62,870 nt of DNA from a virus (lineage: Duplodnaviria; Caudoviricetes). Below, in pieces: positions 9,186-18,900 of this stretch (positions are counted from its first letter, which is position 1; each line of letters starts with the position of its first letter). The notes under the pieces were generated by a model, which was not told where the DNA came from, made no database searches, and was given only the letters and a program-made list of their open reading frames with translations. Made by a program: the position numbers and the translations under genes. The stretch covers positions 1 to 62,870 of the IMG/VR virus record IMGVR_UViG_3300037066_000002, one strand, 5' to 3'.

Positions 9186-9286
9186 TTCTTTCCGGGGCAA
9201 AGATGGGCGCAGCCAGACACGATGAGCTTGTACTGGCCGCATATCGGACAGAGCGCCGTCGGGACGTGGATGATCGGAAGAGGCAT
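9182..9286 (-). CDS. 34-aa Cys-rich mini-protein
   Basis: MPLPIIHVPTALCPICGQYKLIVSGCAHLCPGKK; abuts genes on both sides. Confidence 0.5.
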   Translation of the reverse strand: MPLPIIHVPTALCPICGQYKLIVSGCAHLCPGKK

Positions 9287-9457
9287 TTACTTCGCAGTGC
9301 TGGTGTTGGTTGGAGCGAACACAATAGAGAGTTCGGTGAGAAGGTTGGCGAAGTTGTTCGGCTGGAGAAGAGACGATGCGCCGTTAGCTATGGTGGTGGC
9401 GTATTCCTGATCGGCGATCAGGGCGAGTTGGAGGGTCAACAGGATGTATTTGTTCAT
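9287..9457 (-). CDS. 56-aa hypothetical protein
   Basis: MNKYILLTLQLALIADQEY...; TAGCAT -10 box 6 nt upstream. Confidence 0.5.
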   Translation of the reverse strand: MNKYILLTLQLALIADQEYATTIANGASSLLQPNNFANLLTELSIVFAPTNTSTAK

Positions 9458-9637
9458 GCCTTTATGCTACCGCTTTTCGGCTGTCTGCGGTAAGATGGAA
9501 CCTAAATCAGACGATGCTGTTCACCGCGTAACCTGCACGCATCTGCTCAAGAGAAAGACTCGGAACGCTCATCGGAGTATGCGGCGATGGCGAGATGCTT
9601 CCGGGTCTACCCACTTCGCCAGATCCTGTAAATCTGC

Positions 9638-10225
9638 CTACCGGCTCACCCTGAAGTCCGCCTTAACTGCCTTCGCATCCATCTCCACCAGGACTACAGC
9701 CGGGGGAGCGCAGCCGCCCGCAACAAGCTGGAGCGGATCGGGCAATGTGGCCTGCTGGTAATTGAGCATCGATTGCACCGTGGTCGCCTGCTGAATGATC
9801 GGGATGAGTTGCGATCCCAGGATGGCGGTATCAGTCAGGCCGTTTTTCCATGCCGCAGATAACCCGCCGAGAGAAGTAGCCACCGCCGCACCGGAAACGA
9901 CCGCTACACCGATGCGTAGGCCGATGGCTGTCTTGGTGGACCCTTGTGCGTGCGCGATCACCTGGAGAGCGACGAGAGGCGCGAGGACAGTCATGCCGGC
10001 GGGGATTGCGGCCGGGACTTGCATCACCGCCGCGAGGGGAACCGACACAGACGCCGCGCTCGTATTACAGACCTGGATACTCGCCATGCGGTATTGTTTC
10101 GCCAGTGGCCCGAAGGTGGCCTTGGTTGATGCCTGGCTCAGGACTGTGGCCGTTACGTGCAGGGCTTCAGATGTCTGCGCATACGCTGAGAGCGCGAATA
10201 GAAATGAGAGAGTATATCTTGTCAT
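9638..10225 (-). CDS. Secreted or envelope protein
   Basis: Signal peptide MTRYTLSFLFALSAYA-Q; internal hydrophobic stretch. Confidence 0.75.
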   Translation of the reverse strand: MTRYTLSFLFALSAYAQTSEALHVTATVLSQASTKATFGPLAKQYRMASIQVCNTSAASVSVPLAAVMQVPAAIPAGMTVLAPLVALQVIAHAQGSTKTAIGLRIGVAVVSGAAVATSLGGLSAAWKNGLTDTAILGSQLIPIIQQATTVQSMLNYQQATLPDPLQLVAGGCAPPAVVLVEMDAKAVKADFRVSR

Positions 10226-10440
10226 CGTTCATAATCCTCAAGGGAAGGTTTTCGGGCACTAACGGCGAATGCGGGGCCGACATCATGCGACTTATCAAGC
10301 GCCGACCGCCGAGGACCGCTTGACGTGTTCTGGTCCCAATCCTTCATTAGTTCCAGCGCTTCAGTTTCGGTGATGCCGTCGCGCCGGGATATGATCTCGG
10401 CCCTTCGGTGCTGGACTGAATTCGGCAAAGGTATGGTCAT
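10222..10440 (-). CDS. Hypothetical protein
   Basis: TATCAT -10 box 6 nt upstream; ATGA coupling. Confidence 0.6.
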   Translation of the reverse strand: MTIPLPNSVQHRRAEIISRRDGITETEALELMKDWDQNTSSGPRRSALDKSHDVGPAFAVSARKPSLEDYER

Positions 10441-10495
10441 GGAGCCATGATAACACCGATTGACATACGTATGGAAGTATGGCAAAGTTGAGCGC
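10441..10495. promoter_or_regulatory. Overlapping divergent promoters with central palindrome CATACGTATG
   Basis: TTGACA(10460)-17-CAAAGT rightward; TATCAT leftward; palindrome 10464-10473. Confidence 0.6.
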
Positions 10496-11152
10496 ATGAA
10501 CCAAATCATCACGGCGATTGAGTTGTTCCATTCGGACGGTCATCCATCGGGCATCTGGTATTGCTCCGAGTGCCGCGCTGTCTACACAGAACAGCACGGA
10601 GCGCAGCGATGCCACGGCGTAACCCATTGCGAGACGTGCGGGGTATCGCTCGGTAAACGTGCGCCCCACTATCGGAAGCAATGCGAAGCCTGCGATCAAA
10701 AGGACCGGCGCGACAAGCAAGCCAAAGAGGAATTCGAGCGATACACGAAGGCCGTAAAAATAGCGGCGTCCGAATACACCGGGCCGCAAGTCTTTTTCAA
10801 TGATCGCTACTATGAAACTGTCGCAGACGCCATCGACGGTTGCAACGAGCCGCCCGAATACGTCTGGTCTGTAAAGAACATCGGGCTATGCAAAGCGAAC
10901 CTTGAAGACTTGACTGAGCGCGTTCTTGAAGAGGCATGGGAAGACGCCGATACGAACGATCTGAACGGAATGGATGAACTACATAAGGCCGTGGATGCAT
11001 TCAACGAAGCCAACAGCGTAATTCCCGTTTACATGGTCGATTACCACGAGGCCATCGTGCTCGATAAGGAAATTCTTGAAGAGTGGCATCGGGAGCAAGG
11101 AGCGTCGGATGACGCGCCTCCGCAGACAAAGACTACCGGGGCATCGCTGTGA
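10496..11152 (+). CDS. Cys-rich (Zn-binding) hypothetical protein
   Basis: CSEC, CETC, CEAC motifs. Confidence 0.75.
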   Translation: MNQIITAIELFHSDGHPSGIWYCSECRAVYTEQHGAQRCHGVTHCETCGVSLGKRAPHYRKQCEACDQKDRRDKQAKEEFERYTKAVKIAASEYTGPQVFFNDRYYETVADAIDGCNEPPEYVWSVKNIGLCKANLEDLTERVLEEAWEDADTNDLNGMDELHKAVDAFNEANSVIPVYMVDYHEAIVLDKEILEEWHREQGASDDAPPQTKTTGASL

Positions 11153-11289
11153 AGACCACCCTCCACATCCCCGACGACTTGCACGAGCGCCTCAAGATCG
11201 CGGCCGCAAGGGATAAGACGAGTTTATCCGAAATCCTGCGGAGACTGGCGTTAGCCGCATACCCGGCATCCGGGAAGAGGACGAAATGA
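11149..11289 (+). CDS. CopG/RHH DNA-binding protein (46 aa, not in ORF track)
   Basis: MKTTLHIPDDLHERLKIAAARDKTSLSEILRRL; coupled on both sides. Confidence 0.75.
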   Translation: MKTTLHIPDDLHERLKIAAARDKTSLSEILRRLALAAYPASGKRTK

Positions 11290-11510
11290 AGATTCGGAAC
11301 GCGATCAGTGGAGACGTTCTCGAATGTCCGCCACCGAATCAGATCGGAGAAACGTGTGTCATCCTGAACGGCGTGGAGATTATGCAGGTGTTGTTCAGCG
11401 ATGCAGGTGGCGGAACGGTGACACTGGGAGATGGCAGGCAGTTCAGCGCTGGAGAATACTTTGCGGATTACCTCATGTCCCTGATTTCGCCGCAGCCTGC
11501 GGCCCCATAA
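11286..11510 (+). CDS. Hypothetical protein
   Basis: ATGA coupling. Confidence 0.6.
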   Translation: MKIRNAISGDVLECPPPNQIGETCVILNGVEIMQVLFSDAGGGTVTLGDGRQFSAGEYFADYLMSLISPQPAAP

Positions 11511-11514
11511 ACGC

Positions 11515-11613
11515 TCAGTTCCCAGTCCCGCCAGATCCCGGCGTATTCGTACTCCCGGCGTCCGGGTCGCCGCCGAGGATGCAAGTGAAGAGAAACTCGA
11601 TGAGGAAGTTCAT
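11515..11613 (-). CDS. 32-aa peptide
   Basis: MNFLIEFLFTCILGGDPDAGSTNTPGSGGTGN; TAAAAT 7 nt upstream. Confidence 0.4.
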   Translation of the reverse strand: MNFLIEFLFTCILGGDPDAGSTNTPGSGGTGN

Positions 11614-11628
11614 AGAAGATATTTTAGC

Positions 11629-12084
11629 TTAGGTAACCGTGACCGGAGTTACAAAAAGCTGCTGTTCAGCCTGCCTCCGTCTCAGAAGCCCTGCTGATAC
11701 CTCGCCTCTCGCCAGATCCCATTTCGTGAACTGAGCCGCTGCCGCCCCGAACGCGCCCGCGTTGATGAGTTTGAGTAGCGTGGACGAGGCGAACGCACCG
11801 CCGCCGACATTGTACGCGAAACTGACCAGCGCATCGAACTGGTTCTGATTTAGCGGCGCTTTTACGAGAGAACTTACCACCGCTTCTGCCGTCATCAAAT
11901 CTTCCGATAACCATTCGTCGGCTTGCTCCTGAGTGCAACTTTCTCCGGGTTGAACGGATTCATCGCAGTCATAGTAAGTTGTTCCATAGCCGATTGTCCA
12001 GATACCGCGCTGATCCTGATAGGATTCGAGACGGCAACCCTCGAAGGATTCGATTAATGCGCGGCCTGCCGGGGATGTGACCAT
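11629..12084 (-). CDS. Endolysin, GH24 lysozyme
   Basis: FEGCRLESYQD..GIWTIGYG, NQNQFDALVSFAYNVG, GLLRRRQAE. Confidence 0.95.
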   Translation of the reverse strand: MVTSPAGRALIESFEGCRLESYQDQRGIWTIGYGTTYYDCDESVQPGESCTQEQADEWLSEDLMTAEAVVSSLVKAPLNQNQFDALVSFAYNVGGGAFASSTLLKLINAGAFGAAAAQFTKWDLARGEVSAGLLRRRQAEQQLFVTPVTVT

Positions 12085-12140
12085 GAATTTTTATTTTACT
12101 CTGAAGTGAGAAGAATCCGCGCCTGCGGCACTGTACGGGC

Positions 12141-12323
12141 ATGAACAAACTGAAAAGCGCACTCGCCGCTGTTGCGATGCTCTGCATGTCTTCCGGGTCG
12201 CCGGTCAAGGCCAGCCAGAACTGCGAGGCTGGTTCGGCGTACATGGAGGGTGGGGACTGTTTTCAGGGTCCGCCGTGCCCGGTTACCTGCTACTTCTGGG
12301 GGCTGATCTGCTTCCGTAACTGA
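12141..12323 (+). CDS. Secreted Cys-rich peptide
   Basis: Signal MNKLKSALAAVAMLCMSSGSPVKA; mature part with five Cys, GPPCPVTCYFWGLIC. Confidence 0.6.
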   Translation: MNKLKSALAAVAMLCMSSGSPVKASQNCEAGSAYMEGGDCFQGPPCPVTCYFWGLICFRN

Positions 12324-12547
12324 GCCTGATCGCTTCCGGCCCTCTGCCCGCAGCTTAGGGATTGGGCCGATCCGCAAAATAAACCGCCGCCGCTTCTACC
12401 GCTTCGCAACTCAGCCGGTAACCCAGGCAAGGGAGCAGCCGCCACACGCTTACGATCCACGGTGACGGCCACGGCATTCGCTTTGAGCCTGACTTCCGCC
12501 CGCGCTTGTGCTTAGAGTAACTGTGGTACTTCGGTCGCATCAGCGCA

Positions 12548-12937
12548 TCAGCACACGTAATCGACGAGCAGGGCATCATCCGGCCCCATACCCGGAACTT
12601 GCTTGGTGAAGGTGACGATAAGGCCCGTAGAATCCAGGGTGTAATCCCCGTTGAGGTTGGAAATGCGGAGGCCGTTGAGATAGATCCTCGCTACCTTGCA
12701 GGTGAGTTGGATACTCAGCAGCGGAACCGTGGGCTTGTAAATCTGCGATGGCTGCGGAACCAGCACCAAAGGCTTGCAGACATACACTGGCTGTCCGCTG
12801 GGGAGGTTTCCCCATACTGTCCAGACGCCTATTTGGAAACTCTCTGCCGTGGGGCAGATAGTTCCGGCGATTGGCGGTGCCGGTGCAGGTGGGGCGGTGG
12901 CCTGTGCAGAGAGTGCTGCGAGGATGGCGAGGATCAT
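12548..12937 (-). CDS. Small secreted beta-rich protein
   Basis: Hydrophobic N-terminus ...LSAQA; IYLNGLR...GDYTL...D.LLVDY seen in phage structural domains. Confidence 0.65.
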   Translation of the reverse strand: MILAILAALSAQATAPPAPAPPIAGTICPTAESFQIGVWTVWGNLPSGQPVYVCKPLVLVPQPSQIYKPTVPLLSIQLTCKVARIYLNGLRISNLNGDYTLDSTGLIVTFTKQVPGMGPDDALLVDYVC

Positions 12938-12939
12938 TG

Positions 12940-13218
12940 CTAATCAGACTCCAGTTTATCGAGCGCGTGGCACATTTCGGCGAGTCCGATTATGATCTGG
13001 TACATGGTGGACTTACCCGGTATCCCTCTACGCCATTTGCGGGACGCATCAATGACATCCGCGATCCTCACTTCCGCCTCTTCGGCCCGCTTGCGCCAGG
13101 CGGCATGCATCTCGCGTTCAGTGGAGAGTTGCTTGCGAAACTCCAGGCCGCATGTGCAGAAATCATCGGAACCTGGAGTTAACTCCGGGCAACTTCTGGT
13201 GTGCTCAAGTTCGGCCAT
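12940..13218 (-). CDS. Hypothetical protein
   Basis: HxxxC...CTCG; TGATG coupling. Confidence 0.6.
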   Translation of the reverse strand: MAELEHTRSCPELTPGSDDFCTCGLEFRKQLSTEREMHAAWRKRAEEAEVRIADVIDASRKWRRGIPGKSTMYQIIIGLAEMCHALDKLESD

Positions 13219-13454
13219 CAGTTCCCCGCCTCCTCCGCTGCTGCCGTGTTCACAGGAATCTCCTTCAAGAAATCAGCGATTACTTTTGCTTCATTCCGCG
13301 TACACGTCAAAGTATCCACAGTACAATTACCGTTCACACGTTCAATGATGCACAGATTAGGAGTTGGAATTGTGGATAGGCCGGGAGGGTATGTTTCCCA
13401 ATGGATATACACTCCTTCCGCTCTTTCCCGATCTATTTTAATGTCTTTCGTCAT
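13218..13454 (-). CDS. Hypothetical protein
   Basis: ATGA coupling. Confidence 0.55.
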   Translation of the reverse strand: MTKDIKIDRERAEGVYIHWETYPPGLSTIPTPNLCIIERVNGNCTVDTLTCTRNEAKVIADFLKEIPVNTAAAEEAGN

Positions 13455-13642
13455 TGTTTTTTCTCCGGTGCGGGTGCTGGAGGCGCAGGCGGTGGAGGCG
13501 GAACCTTAGGGGCCTGCCCTAAACAGGACGCCTTCGCGGCGACTTCCGCGTTGTAGATCTTCTCGACCCACACTTCGTAGTCCGCGATGTATTTGCGGAG
13601 TGCACAGCTAAACGCGCCAGCGATAATCGAGGCGTCAATCAT
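13451..13642 (-). CDS. Small protein with Pro-rich tail
   Basis: ATGA coupling. Confidence 0.55.
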   Translation of the reverse strand: MIDASIIAGAFSCALRKYIADYEVWVEKIYNAEVAAKASCLGQAPKVPPPPPAPPAPAPEKKQ

Positions 13643-15552
13643 TGAATTGTGAAGGTATCGAACGTGGCGAAACCAGGAGATGCTATGGAGGTATTATTAG
13701 TCCCGGCAGCTACCATTAACCTTGCCCCAGTTGCGTAACTCCAGGCAACGGTAGAGTCAAATCCGGTCGGCTCTGTCCAGGTAGATCCATCTGGGGCGAC
13801 CTCACAATATATCCTTCCAGCGCTTTCACGGATTCGCCAGTATAATTGCGTGGTTCCATTGTATGAGGCAGTGGCGACAGGCGTGAATGAGTTTACGAGA
13901 AACGACAGGGTTCCGTTTGATTCCTCAAATCCTATGAAGTGGGTCGCGTCTAGCCCCATCAAGTAGTATTCTACGTTTCCGGCAGTACTTGCCACAACAC
14001 CGGGAACCCTAAGTGCGGCGGAACGACCGGTAAAATTTGCAACTGCGTCAGATGTATAACCGTTGAAATTAAACCCTAATGTCGAAGCCTCAGGAATCAA
14101 AATAATCTGATTCGATGAGTTGATGTAAGCGGTAACGAAGAGGCCGGGGCGATTAAGGAACTCGCCTGGATACCAGACGGCAGGCAATCCGGTTAAAAGA
14201 TTCCCGATCTGGCCTGAAGTTGCTGGACTCCTCAGGTCGGCCAGGCGTAAATATGACGCCCCTGTGAACACTGCACCTTCCGGGAAAGAGTAGTTGATTG
14301 TCCCGGCCAGCACGTTAGCGCCAGCCACGTTCACGGTGTTCGCCTCCTCTGAGTACTGCCCGATATAAATTACGGGAGAGCCGCTTACGTAATAGATCCC
14401 GTAGGATGCGTTTTCGCACGCGAACCTCGCTACATAGATTGGGTGATTCGTTGATGCAACCGGGAGACAGCGATTAGCGTAAGTCACATATAGGTCTTCG
14501 ATATTAGCGTGCTCTTGCGCCCTAACCCCTTCATAGTATCCGTACACCATCGTATGCCCATAGCCCGTGATACCGGCGTTGTTGTTTGTTGCCGGGGTTG
14601 TCATCGCGATTGCGTTGGCGTGTGTCGGGGTGGTTGGCGTACAGCCTGCGACGTACCCGCACAACGGAGGCAGGCCAGTGTCGAAAATCAGGTTCTCCCA
14701 AGTCAGTCCGGCCAAATTTCCCGCGTTAACCATTTGAATGTTGGGGTTATCGTAACTTCGGAAAGTCAGGTTCTTGAGTTTCAGCCAAACGTTTGTGAAT
14801 GTTCCAAATCCGCTGTCGGCTGCATATCCGCCGATCAGATTCCCTCCGGTCTGGCTGGACTGAATCACGACCCCGCTCGTTCCCCCTGGAGACGGTGCGG
14901 TGTCACTTATCAAATCAATCAAAACTGGCGAAACGGGTGGGTTTGTCACATACGAAATGCTGGGCATTAATAATATAGCGTTGGCGTGCGAGATGTCCTG
15001 AAACGCCCCATTGCAGCGATAAAATCCGTTGGGGAAAAAGATTGAGCCGCCCGTGCTCGCAAGTCCCGTAATCGCCGCCTGGATCGCCGCTGAATCATCA
15101 TGCTGTACGAGGGTTCCGTTTCCGACGCTGGTTGAGGTGGCAGGCGTAACCGTAAGAGTTCCCGCCGAGCAGGACACCACAGTTCCGATGTAATTCGCCG
15201 AAGCAGCGCCAGCTCCGGCAATGTAAACCCCTTGACTTGCCGCAAAGGTGGAACACGATCCTACGCTACCGGACGTTCCGACTCCGAACGTGCCAGAAGT
15301 CGTCGTTGTGGTGGATGAGCCAGAAGCGTAATAGGGGGCATATGTTGGATTAACCGTTATCAACGGAACGGTGTTTATTGTCGCCGAACTAAACCCGCAC
15401 CCCGTAAACGGGGATGCCCCGCTCACGGCTATCTGGCCCTGGGCGGTACCGGTGCCACAGGGTGTATTACCGCCTCCCGAGGAACCGGAAGAACTGATCT
15501 GCTGTGCCCATGCGCCAGTACAGAGCGCCAGGAAAAGTAAGACGCGAGTCAT
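13639..15552 (-). CDS. Pectate-lyase-like beta-helix tailspike/depolymerase with signal peptide
   Basis: MTRVLLFLALCTGAWA-Q; HDDSAAIQAAI...GGSIFFPNGFY motif; lectin-like C-terminus. Confidence 0.75.
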   Translation of the reverse strand: MTRVLLFLALCTGAWAQQISSSGSSGGGNTPCGTGTAQGQIAVSGASPFTGCGFSSATINTVPLITVNPTYAPYYASGSSTTTTTSGTFGVGTSGSVGSCSTFAASQGVYIAGAGAASANYIGTVVSCSAGTLTVTPATSTSVGNGTLVQHDDSAAIQAAITGLASTGGSIFFPNGFYRCNGAFQDISHANAILLMPSISYVTNPPVSPVLIDLISDTAPSPGGTSGVVIQSSQTGGNLIGGYAADSGFGTFTNVWLKLKNLTFRSYDNPNIQMVNAGNLAGLTWENLIFDTGLPPLCGYVAGCTPTTPTHANAIAMTTPATNNNAGITGYGHTMVYGYYEGVRAQEHANIEDLYVTYANRCLPVASTNHPIYVARFACENASYGIYYVSGSPVIYIGQYSEEANTVNVAGANVLAGTINYSFPEGAVFTGASYLRLADLRSPATSGQIGNLLTGLPAVWYPGEFLNRPGLFVTAYINSSNQIILIPEASTLGFNFNGYTSDAVANFTGRSAALRVPGVVASTAGNVEYYLMGLDATHFIGFEESNGTLSFLVNSFTPVATASYNGTTQLYWRIRESAGRIYCEVAPDGSTWTEPTGFDSTVAWSYATGARLMVAAGTNNTSIASPGFATFDTFTIQ

Positions 15553-15914
15553 TTGTAGCATGTGTACGTGTACCCATCCCCGGAATTGGTGGTATCGAGC
15601 CAGATCGTCTGCGGAGAGTAGAGTGCCGTCGTGGATGACGGGCCGAAGTAAGCGGAGGCCGGCGGAGTAACCCCGTTCGTTAAGGCCGCGCCAATTTTAT
15701 TCGCCGCGCTGACATTTGAACCTCCGATGTAAAGCGTACCCGAGTTCGATGATTTCGCCTGGATCGTCAACGTGATGCAACTCGTCGGCGGTATCGGAGA
15801 TGATGCGACAGATAACTGGACCGCCGTCCCGGCTGTCGTGACGGTTCCGTTTCCCGAGTAATACCCGCCCATAAGGAGCCATGCGCAGATCAGAGACACG
15901 AAGATGAGTTTCAT
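15549..15914 (-). CDS. Small beta-sandwich structural-type protein with signal peptide
   Basis: MKLIFVSLICAWLLMG; TVTTAGTAVQL...IQAKSSNSGTLYIGGSNV. Confidence 0.7.
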   Translation of the reverse strand: MKLIFVSLICAWLLMGGYYSGNGTVTTAGTAVQLSVASSPIPPTSCITLTIQAKSSNSGTLYIGGSNVSAANKIGAALTNGVTPPASAYFGPSSTTALYSPQTIWLDTTNSGDGYTYTCYK

Positions 15915-15940
15915 AAAAATCCTTTACGTTAGATTTTACC

Positions 15941-18900
15941 TTACTGGAGGAACGGTCGCACTTCTGCGAACTGTTGCCCTCCCCATTTTTTAATGCGAAC
16001 GGTCGTGTTTTCAACGAACAGAACGAAGGGCGATGAATTAGACGCCGAGTACCGGAGCATCCTCCCTTTCGCTGCGTTCGGCAACTGAACGAAATCATTG
16101 AACAAAATCCCGTTGCTCGATGGAACGGTGAAATTGGCCAGCAGTACACCGTCATCATTCAGAATTTGAATCGTCGTCGCCGCTGTAGAAATCAACGCAA
16201 TCCTGCCAAACCGAAGTTGTTTCCATCCAGGCATCCCGTGATCGAGCAACTGAGTCGTATACAGGTTTGAATAAAACGGCTGGTTGTAATAACTTGGCTC
16301 AAATTCGTAGAGGACCGTCCCGGCACCGATCACGTATTCAGCCGCAAAATTACGATACAGCACAAGTCCCGCTGCGGCGGTCGAGGAAATCGAATTCAGG
16401 TACTGGCTTCTTCCCGCGACTGCCGATTGGGTTCCAACCGTCACAACCGTCGAATAATTATTGAATCCGGCATAGAACGTGTATCCGCCCGTCGCGTCCA
16501 CGTCGGTCATAGTATCCATGAACAACTTGAGCGTGCGGGGATCTCCGAAATCATAACTGGGCGTTCGGATAGTCCCGAAAAGCGCCGATCCGTTATCGGT
16601 CGCATAGGAGCCAGAGGACATCAAAAACCCATCGCTCGTTCCCATGAGCATTCGGGGCTCGACGCCTTCGGGGACCTCTTCCCAGTAATGGGTAAGAACA
16701 GAGTCAGCGTATTGATGAGGCCAGAAGTTTCCGTTAGTGTCGATCTCAAATGTGAGCATCGAAGACGCCGAATCCTCGTAATCAAACATCAGCGCCGCAT
16801 CGCAATACGCGAGGCGCAGATACTGCGGGGTGGTCATCGTAACCGGATTGAACCCATTGGTTGCGACTGCTGGCTTACCGTCGTGCGGGAACAGAGGATA
16901 AATCTGTTGTGCGAAATACGAGCCGGAGTTGTAGTTCAACTGATACAGGCCGTCTCGCCCGATCATGTAAACTCCCTGCTGTCCCTTCGCCATCCCCCAA
17001 GGAGAGAAGCTGCCGGAGATCGATGTCAACTCCGTCGAAGTGAAAATAATGGTCTGAGCCCCTGTGGAGTTTTGACTGAAACTTGGAGTAACGAGAAAAA
17101 CCCGTTTTGCCGAGGCAACGAAAATTAACGTCTGCCACACGCAGCCGGAAACCAAAGGCTCCGAAGGCGACGTTACCTCCAACGTGTTCACGGTATCGGC
17201 GGAATCGAGATCGTTTCCGTTCGTCCAGTACAGCGTTCCGGGGTTTAACGGATCGCCGATTCCGAATGCGTAGATAGCAGTCGTCCCTTCGAGCGGGCCG
17301 AACATAACAGGCAACGGCTGGCCGAGAAGAACAGGAGATCCAATCGTCAGGGTGGCGTTCGTCAGCGCGCCGAGATTCGACGTAATCTCCAGAAGCGTCG
17401 AAGATATCGGCAGCGCGAATAGTTGTGTTGCATCGTTTCCCACCTGAAGAACGGTTCCCGGTTGCAAGTTCGTTGGGAAAGTCGCTCCGCTCACCCATTG
17501 GACCGTGGTGCCAGCCACATTCACAACTGAATTCTGCGGGGGCGCGAGGACTGGCCACGGTTGCCATACATTCGTTTCGAGCGCCGGATTTCCCGCAATC
17601 AGACTCGATTGAGTGTCGTCAAGGAACGCACTCCCAGTTGCGTTCGGTGTAGATCCCACGTAAACGAGTGCCGCCAAAGAAGGATCGAATCGCTGGATAT
17701 CAATGGTATCTACCTGTGGGTCCGTCGATGCCGTCACGCCCACAGCAATCTGCTGGCGAAGGGGGTACAGATCGTACCGGCATCCGGGAGAGAGGACTGA
17801 GCGGACACCCGTGCGCGAGTCCCGATACCTGTACTGGTACGTGATTCCGACCGGAGATCCGCTTTGCACATCGGGTCCATAACTTCCGGCCACCCACCAC
17901 GCCGAAAAATCCATGATGGTAGTGTCGGTAACGGTCAATTCAACACGAATCGCAGCCACATTCGCAAGGTCAACTGCCTGGTTAGTTCCCACCCTAACGA
18001 GGTCAGAATAGTTGATGAACAGTTCTGTCCACTGGGCCGTTCCTGTATCAAGTTGGAGGCTTGTCGTTCCTGTATCCGGCGCCTGCGTATCGATGGACTG
18101 ATTCTGAATCGCGGTCTGGATTGCTACCACAGATGTCAGCGTTCCGCTTGCTGCCGATTGCAGGTCGGACTGGCGAAACTCTTTATAATAAAAGTTCTGT
18201 GTGAAGTCGTTCGTAACGGGGTCAACGTCGAGCAGGATGCGGCCAGAAGAAATGTTGCTGGGCACATCGAATCGCAAACTGATGTGCATGTAATCGTCAG
18301 GCTGAAGGGGTCGATTTGCACCATTTACAAATGCAAACTGACTAAGATCGAGTGCAACGGTTTTCGTGGCATATCCGACGCCTGCCGTAACCTGGGTTTC
18401 AAGCGCATTCCCGGTGATCGTGGTTGATGATGTCGGAACGCCGACGCCACTCGAAGGAATCGAAATCGTCGTGTATACCCGGAAGGTAACGATGCTGCGC
18501 ACCGCGTCCCCGGCGACGTGAGTATGGGGGTCATTGCAGCGGAAAGAATACAGTCCGTCAGGTCCGACCGTGACACTGAGGACTCTCACAATCGAAGTGG
18601 AGGAAAGCAGGATCAGGGAGTTACGCGCAAGCGTAGGGGTTTGAATCCCGAGCGATATGGAGCACAGTCCACTGCTACCGGAATCGTAGATGATCGCCGC
18701 GATAGTGGTCTGAGGAATTTCCCCGTGAACCTCCTGCACCGTTACTGTTTCAGCGCCACCGGAACCTGTGATTATCAACCGGCATCCTGACTGAAGGAAC
18801 TCGTAGGAGCCAATCGAGTTCTGCGGACTCATAGAGCACCAGCCGTTCGACCCGGTATCGTACAGGATGTCTGAAACGATGGTCGAGGCGGGAACTCTGG

